DNA from: Candidatus Aminicenantes bacterium
Lineage (GTDB): Bacteria > Acidobacteriota > Aminicenantia > Aminicenantales > Aminicenantaceae
Direction of reading: 5' to 3'
DNA: 26,724 nt
NCBI GenBank assembly: GCA_030615975.1
Contig: JAUWYH010000001.1
Coordinates: forward strand, 1-26,724
A program made the translations under genes and the position numbers. Shown here piece by piece: positions 24,360 through 26,724 of this stretch (positions are counted from its first letter, which is position 1; each line of letters opens with the position of its first letter). Under the pieces are notes generated by a model. It ran no database searches, was not told the DNA's origin, and was given only the letters and a program-made list of their open reading frames with translations.

Positions 24360-25736
24360 TCATTCAGAAAGAAAAGTTGATTTTTTCCATCTCTCCATCT
24401 TTTTTAAATAGCTGTTTACAGAGGCGATGGCCAGTCCGGCCAGTCCTACTAAACCAATTAAGTTTGTGAAGGCCATCATCCCGTTGAAAACATCTCCGAT
24501 TGACCAGGCAACTTCTACTTCCAAAACAGCGCCAATAAAAATAACAAAACAGAAGATCCAGCGGAAAGGACGTTTTATCCAGCCTCCTAAAAGATAGCTG
24601 AAGGAAATTTCTCCATAATAAGGAACAGCAATCAGGCTGGAATACCCGAAAAGGAAAGAACTTGCTGCGACAATTAAGCCTCCAAATCGCGGCAAGGCAG
24701 CATTGAACGCGGCTGCAGTCATTCCTGTACTTGTGCCTTCTGTCCAGACTCCGGTTACTAGAACAGATAAAGCTGTAAGAGTGCAGATAAGGAGCGTATC
24801 GATGAACACATCCAACGAAGCAATTAAGCCTTGTCGAACTGGCTCGCTTGTCCGGGCTGTAGCATGGAAGACACCTGCTGTACCTGTTCCAGCTTCGTTA
24901 GAGTAAGCGCCTCTTGCCAGACCATAGCGGATAGCCCTTGCTATTGTCATGCCTGCTACTCCTCCAGTGATAGCTGATGGCTTGAATGCTCCGACAAAAA
25001 TAAGGGAAAAGGCATGAGGAATGTGAGAGGCGAAAATAATGACTGTAAAGAAGGCGCCGAATATATAGAAGAAAACCATAAAAGGACTTATAAATTTTGT
25101 CACTTTAGCTATGGATTTGATTCCCCCGATGATAACAAGCCATGTCAGAATGGCTAAACCCAAACCAGATATCCATGGGTCGAGACCTAATTGAGTTTTT
25201 AGAGCGATGGCTATGGAGTTGGATTGAATGGTTGTCGTCGAAAAAAGAGGCTTACATCCCATGAAGAAAGCGAATATCCCGGCCAGCCAAGGCAACCCCA
25301 ATCCTTCTTTAATATAATACATCGGGCCGCCAACTACTGTCCCGTCAGGAGTTACCTTCTTATATTTTTGACCCAATACGGCTTCAACAAGCTTGGTTGC
25401 CATGCCGAAAAGAGCAGAGAGCCACATCCAAAAAACAGCTCCAGGCCCTCCCATGGCGATGGCTGTGCAAACTCCGGCAATATTTCCGTTTCCGATGACA
25501 GCGGCTAAGGAAGTGGTTAATGCTTGGAAGGGGGTAATGTCTCCTCTGCGTTCTTTTTCGCTTTCGCCAAAGTCCTTCTTGCCGAGAAGGAGCCGGAAAG
25601 AAAGCCCTAAATGTCGAAGTTGAACAAAACGGAGACGAATGGTTAAGAACAGCCCAACTCCAAGCAGAAGGATGACCGTCTGGGGACCCCATACTATAGA
25701 GCCCAGAAAGCGAATAGACCGCTCAAAAATATCCAT
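24360..25736 (-). CDS. Alanine/glycine:cation symporter (AGCS, AlsT/AgcS family)
   Basis: Multi-TM protein with TPFQAL, GNGNIAGV..AI..GGPGA.FWMW, GGPMYYI, RG.YSNEAG.GT, DTL.ICTLT. Confidence 0.95.
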   Translation of the reverse strand: MDIFERSIRFLGSIVWGPQTVILLLGVGLFLTIRLRFVQLRHLGLSFRLLLGKKDFGESEKERRGDITPFQALTTSLAAVIGNGNIAGVCTAIAMGGPGAVFWMWLSALFGMATKLVEAVLGQKYKKVTPDGTVVGGPMYYIKEGLGLPWLAGIFAFFMGCKPLFSTTTIQSNSIAIALKTQLGLDPWISGLGLAILTWLVIIGGIKSIAKVTKFISPFMVFFYIFGAFFTVIIFASHIPHAFSLIFVGAFKPSAITGGVAGMTIARAIRYGLARGAYSNEAGTGTAGVFHATARTSEPVRQGLIASLDVFIDTLLICTLTALSVLVTGVWTEGTSTGMTAAAFNAALPRFGGLIVAASSFLFGYSSLIAVPYYGEISFSYLLGGWIKRPFRWIFCFVIFIGAVLEVEVAWSIGDVFNGMMAFTNLIGLVGLAGLAIASVNSYLKKMERWKKSTFLSE

Positions 25737-25901
25737 ACTACTTTTTCTCTTTTTTTGATTTCAGGCTTTCTTCTAAACAAATACGGCAATTACTTTGTTC
25801 TGTAGTATAAATTTTTTCTAATATTCCCTCCAGACAGGCCCTGTTTTTTGAATTTTTAGGAATTTCTGTTATTCCATACCCGAGCACTTTATTTTTTCCC
25901 C

Positions 25902-26096
25902 TTAAGGTTGTTTTTTTCGTTTTCTTTCGATTTCTCTTTTGACAGCCTTGTGCAGAACGAGGAAATAGTAGCCAATAAGAAAGGCCATTATGACCCCAAA
26001 CCTCAATTCATTTCTTTGAAGAAGGGAGTAAAAAGCATAAGCCAAGATTCCGAGAAGAAGAATAAGATGGAAGAAGGCGAATATCCAATCAGACAT
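25902..26096 (-). CDS. Small two-TM hypothetical membrane protein
   Basis: MSDWIFAFFHLILLLGILAYAFYSLLQRNELRFGVIMAFLIGYYFLVLHKAVKREIERKRKKQP: two hydrophobic helices and a basic tail, codirectional with its neighbours. The start is ATG 26096 or TTG 26099; no clear SD. Confidence 0.7.
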   Translation of the reverse strand: MSDWIFAFFHLILLLGILAYAFYSLLQRNELRFGVIMAFLIGYYFLVLHKAVKREIERKRKKQP

Positions 26097-26134
26097 CAAT
26101 ACTCAGAGGAAAAGAGTCTTATAAAGAAGTTCCT

Positions 26135-26724
26135 TTAAAGAGACGAATTGGCTTCAAGATGACGGATGGAAATGATCAATATGGTTTCTCGCGGTACATC
26201 ATTCATGCCGCCTCTTGTCATTGTCTTCGAATTGGCGATAGCATCGACAACATCCATCCCTTCTATGACTTTTCCGAAGACAGCATATCCAAATCCTCCA
26301 GCGGTATTATCCTTATGATCCAGAAAAGAATTATCCACATGATTGATAAAGAACTGGCAGGTGGCGCTGTCTATCTCGGGCATCCGGGCCATAGTGATAG
26401 TGCCCCTTTTGTTTTTCAACCCGTTTGCTGCTTCATTTTTTATGGGAGGCTTTGTCGGCTTTTCTATTAAATCTGGAGTCAGTCCTCCTCCTTGAATCAT
26501 GAATCCTTTGATGACCCGGTGAAAGATGGTCCCGTCATAAAAATTTTCATCTACATAGGAGAGAAAATTCTGGACAGTAATAGGTGCCTTATCTGCGAAG
26601 AGCTCGAGGGTTATATCTCCCTTGCTTGTTTTCATGATGATCTTGGGATTGGGTTGTGCTGCCTGGGTAAGGAAAGGAAATGCGATGAAAAAAATAATGA
26701 TTGAAAAAACAAAAGAAAACTTTT
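26135..26724 (-). CDS. ppiA: Cyclophilin-type peptidyl-prolyl isomerase, exported (5' end truncated by the window)
   Basis: FHRVIKGFMIQGGG, RGTITMAR, SATCQFFIN, GYAVFGKVIEGMDVVD. The frame stays open upstream of 26635 to the window end and reads ..KFSFVFSIIIFFIAFPFLTQAAQPNPKII, a signal peptide. Confidence 0.93.
   Translation of the reverse strand, partial: KFSFVFSIIIFFIAFPFLTQAAQPNPKIIMKTSKGDITLELFADKAPITVQNFLSYVDENFYDGTIFHRVIKGFMIQGGGLTPDLIEKPTKPPIKNEAANGLKNKRGTITMARMPEIDSATCQFFINHVDNSFLDHKDNTAGGFGYAVFGKVIEGMDVVDAIANSKTMTRGGMNDVPRETILIISIRHLEANSSL

Noticed and set aside
25737-25901. Glycine riboswitch expected upstream of an AGCS symporter
   Set aside because: No GGAGA...CCGAAG...CTCAGG aptamer motifs were found; the region is simply AT-rich.
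26331-26339. Perfect DnaA box TTATCCACA
   Set aside because: It is a single copy inside the ppiA coding sequence, with no cluster or oriC context; expected by chance.
1005-26704. Numerous 60-120 aa antisense or alternative-frame ORFs in the track (e.g. 1598-1966, 2954-3205, 12911-13270, 18888-19223, 21599-21961)
   Set aside because: All are shadows of well-supported genes, with no SD or recognisable motifs.
1-26724. tRNA, rRNA, CRISPR array, integrase or transposase genes
   Set aside because: None were recognised on either strand. The longest intergenic gaps (about 360, 280 and 220 nt) contain no repeat-spacer or cloverleaf pattern.

Overview
Mostly bacterial core-genome sequence from an AT-rich, probably diderm anaerobe. 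Gene content and style suggest Candidatus Aminicenantes or another Acidobacteriota-like lineage, but this is inference only. The centre is a 14-gene dcw (division/cell wall) cluster on the minus strand: mraZ-rsmH-ftsL-ftsI-murE-murF-mraY-murD-ftsW-murG-murC-ftsQ-ftsA-ftsZ. It lacks murB and ddl. Left of it lie an exported AbgB-like M20 amidohydrolase and an AT-rich Phd/YefM-VapC toxin-antitoxin pair converging on ftsZ. Right of it lie an archaeal-type FBP aldolase/phosphatase-NUDIX-DUF2007 unit, a divergent exported FecR/DUF6600 protein, and a minus-strand run of cyclophilin, small membrane protein, alanine/glycine symporter and M23 peptidase. I found no clearly new multi-gene system. The most interesting signals are non-coding: (1) a near-consensus sigma54 promoter with two tandem TGTC-N10-(G/T)ACA sites in front of the FecR/DUF6600 gene; (2) a 4x8-bp AGTGANTC array containing three GANTC sites upstream of the dcw promoter; (3) MraZ-type boxes that overlap the mraZ start codon; (4) an SD-led hydrophobic mini-ORF spanning the TA promoter; and (5) a possible solo IS3-like terminal repeat. 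All family assignments come from motif recognition by eye. No searches were run.
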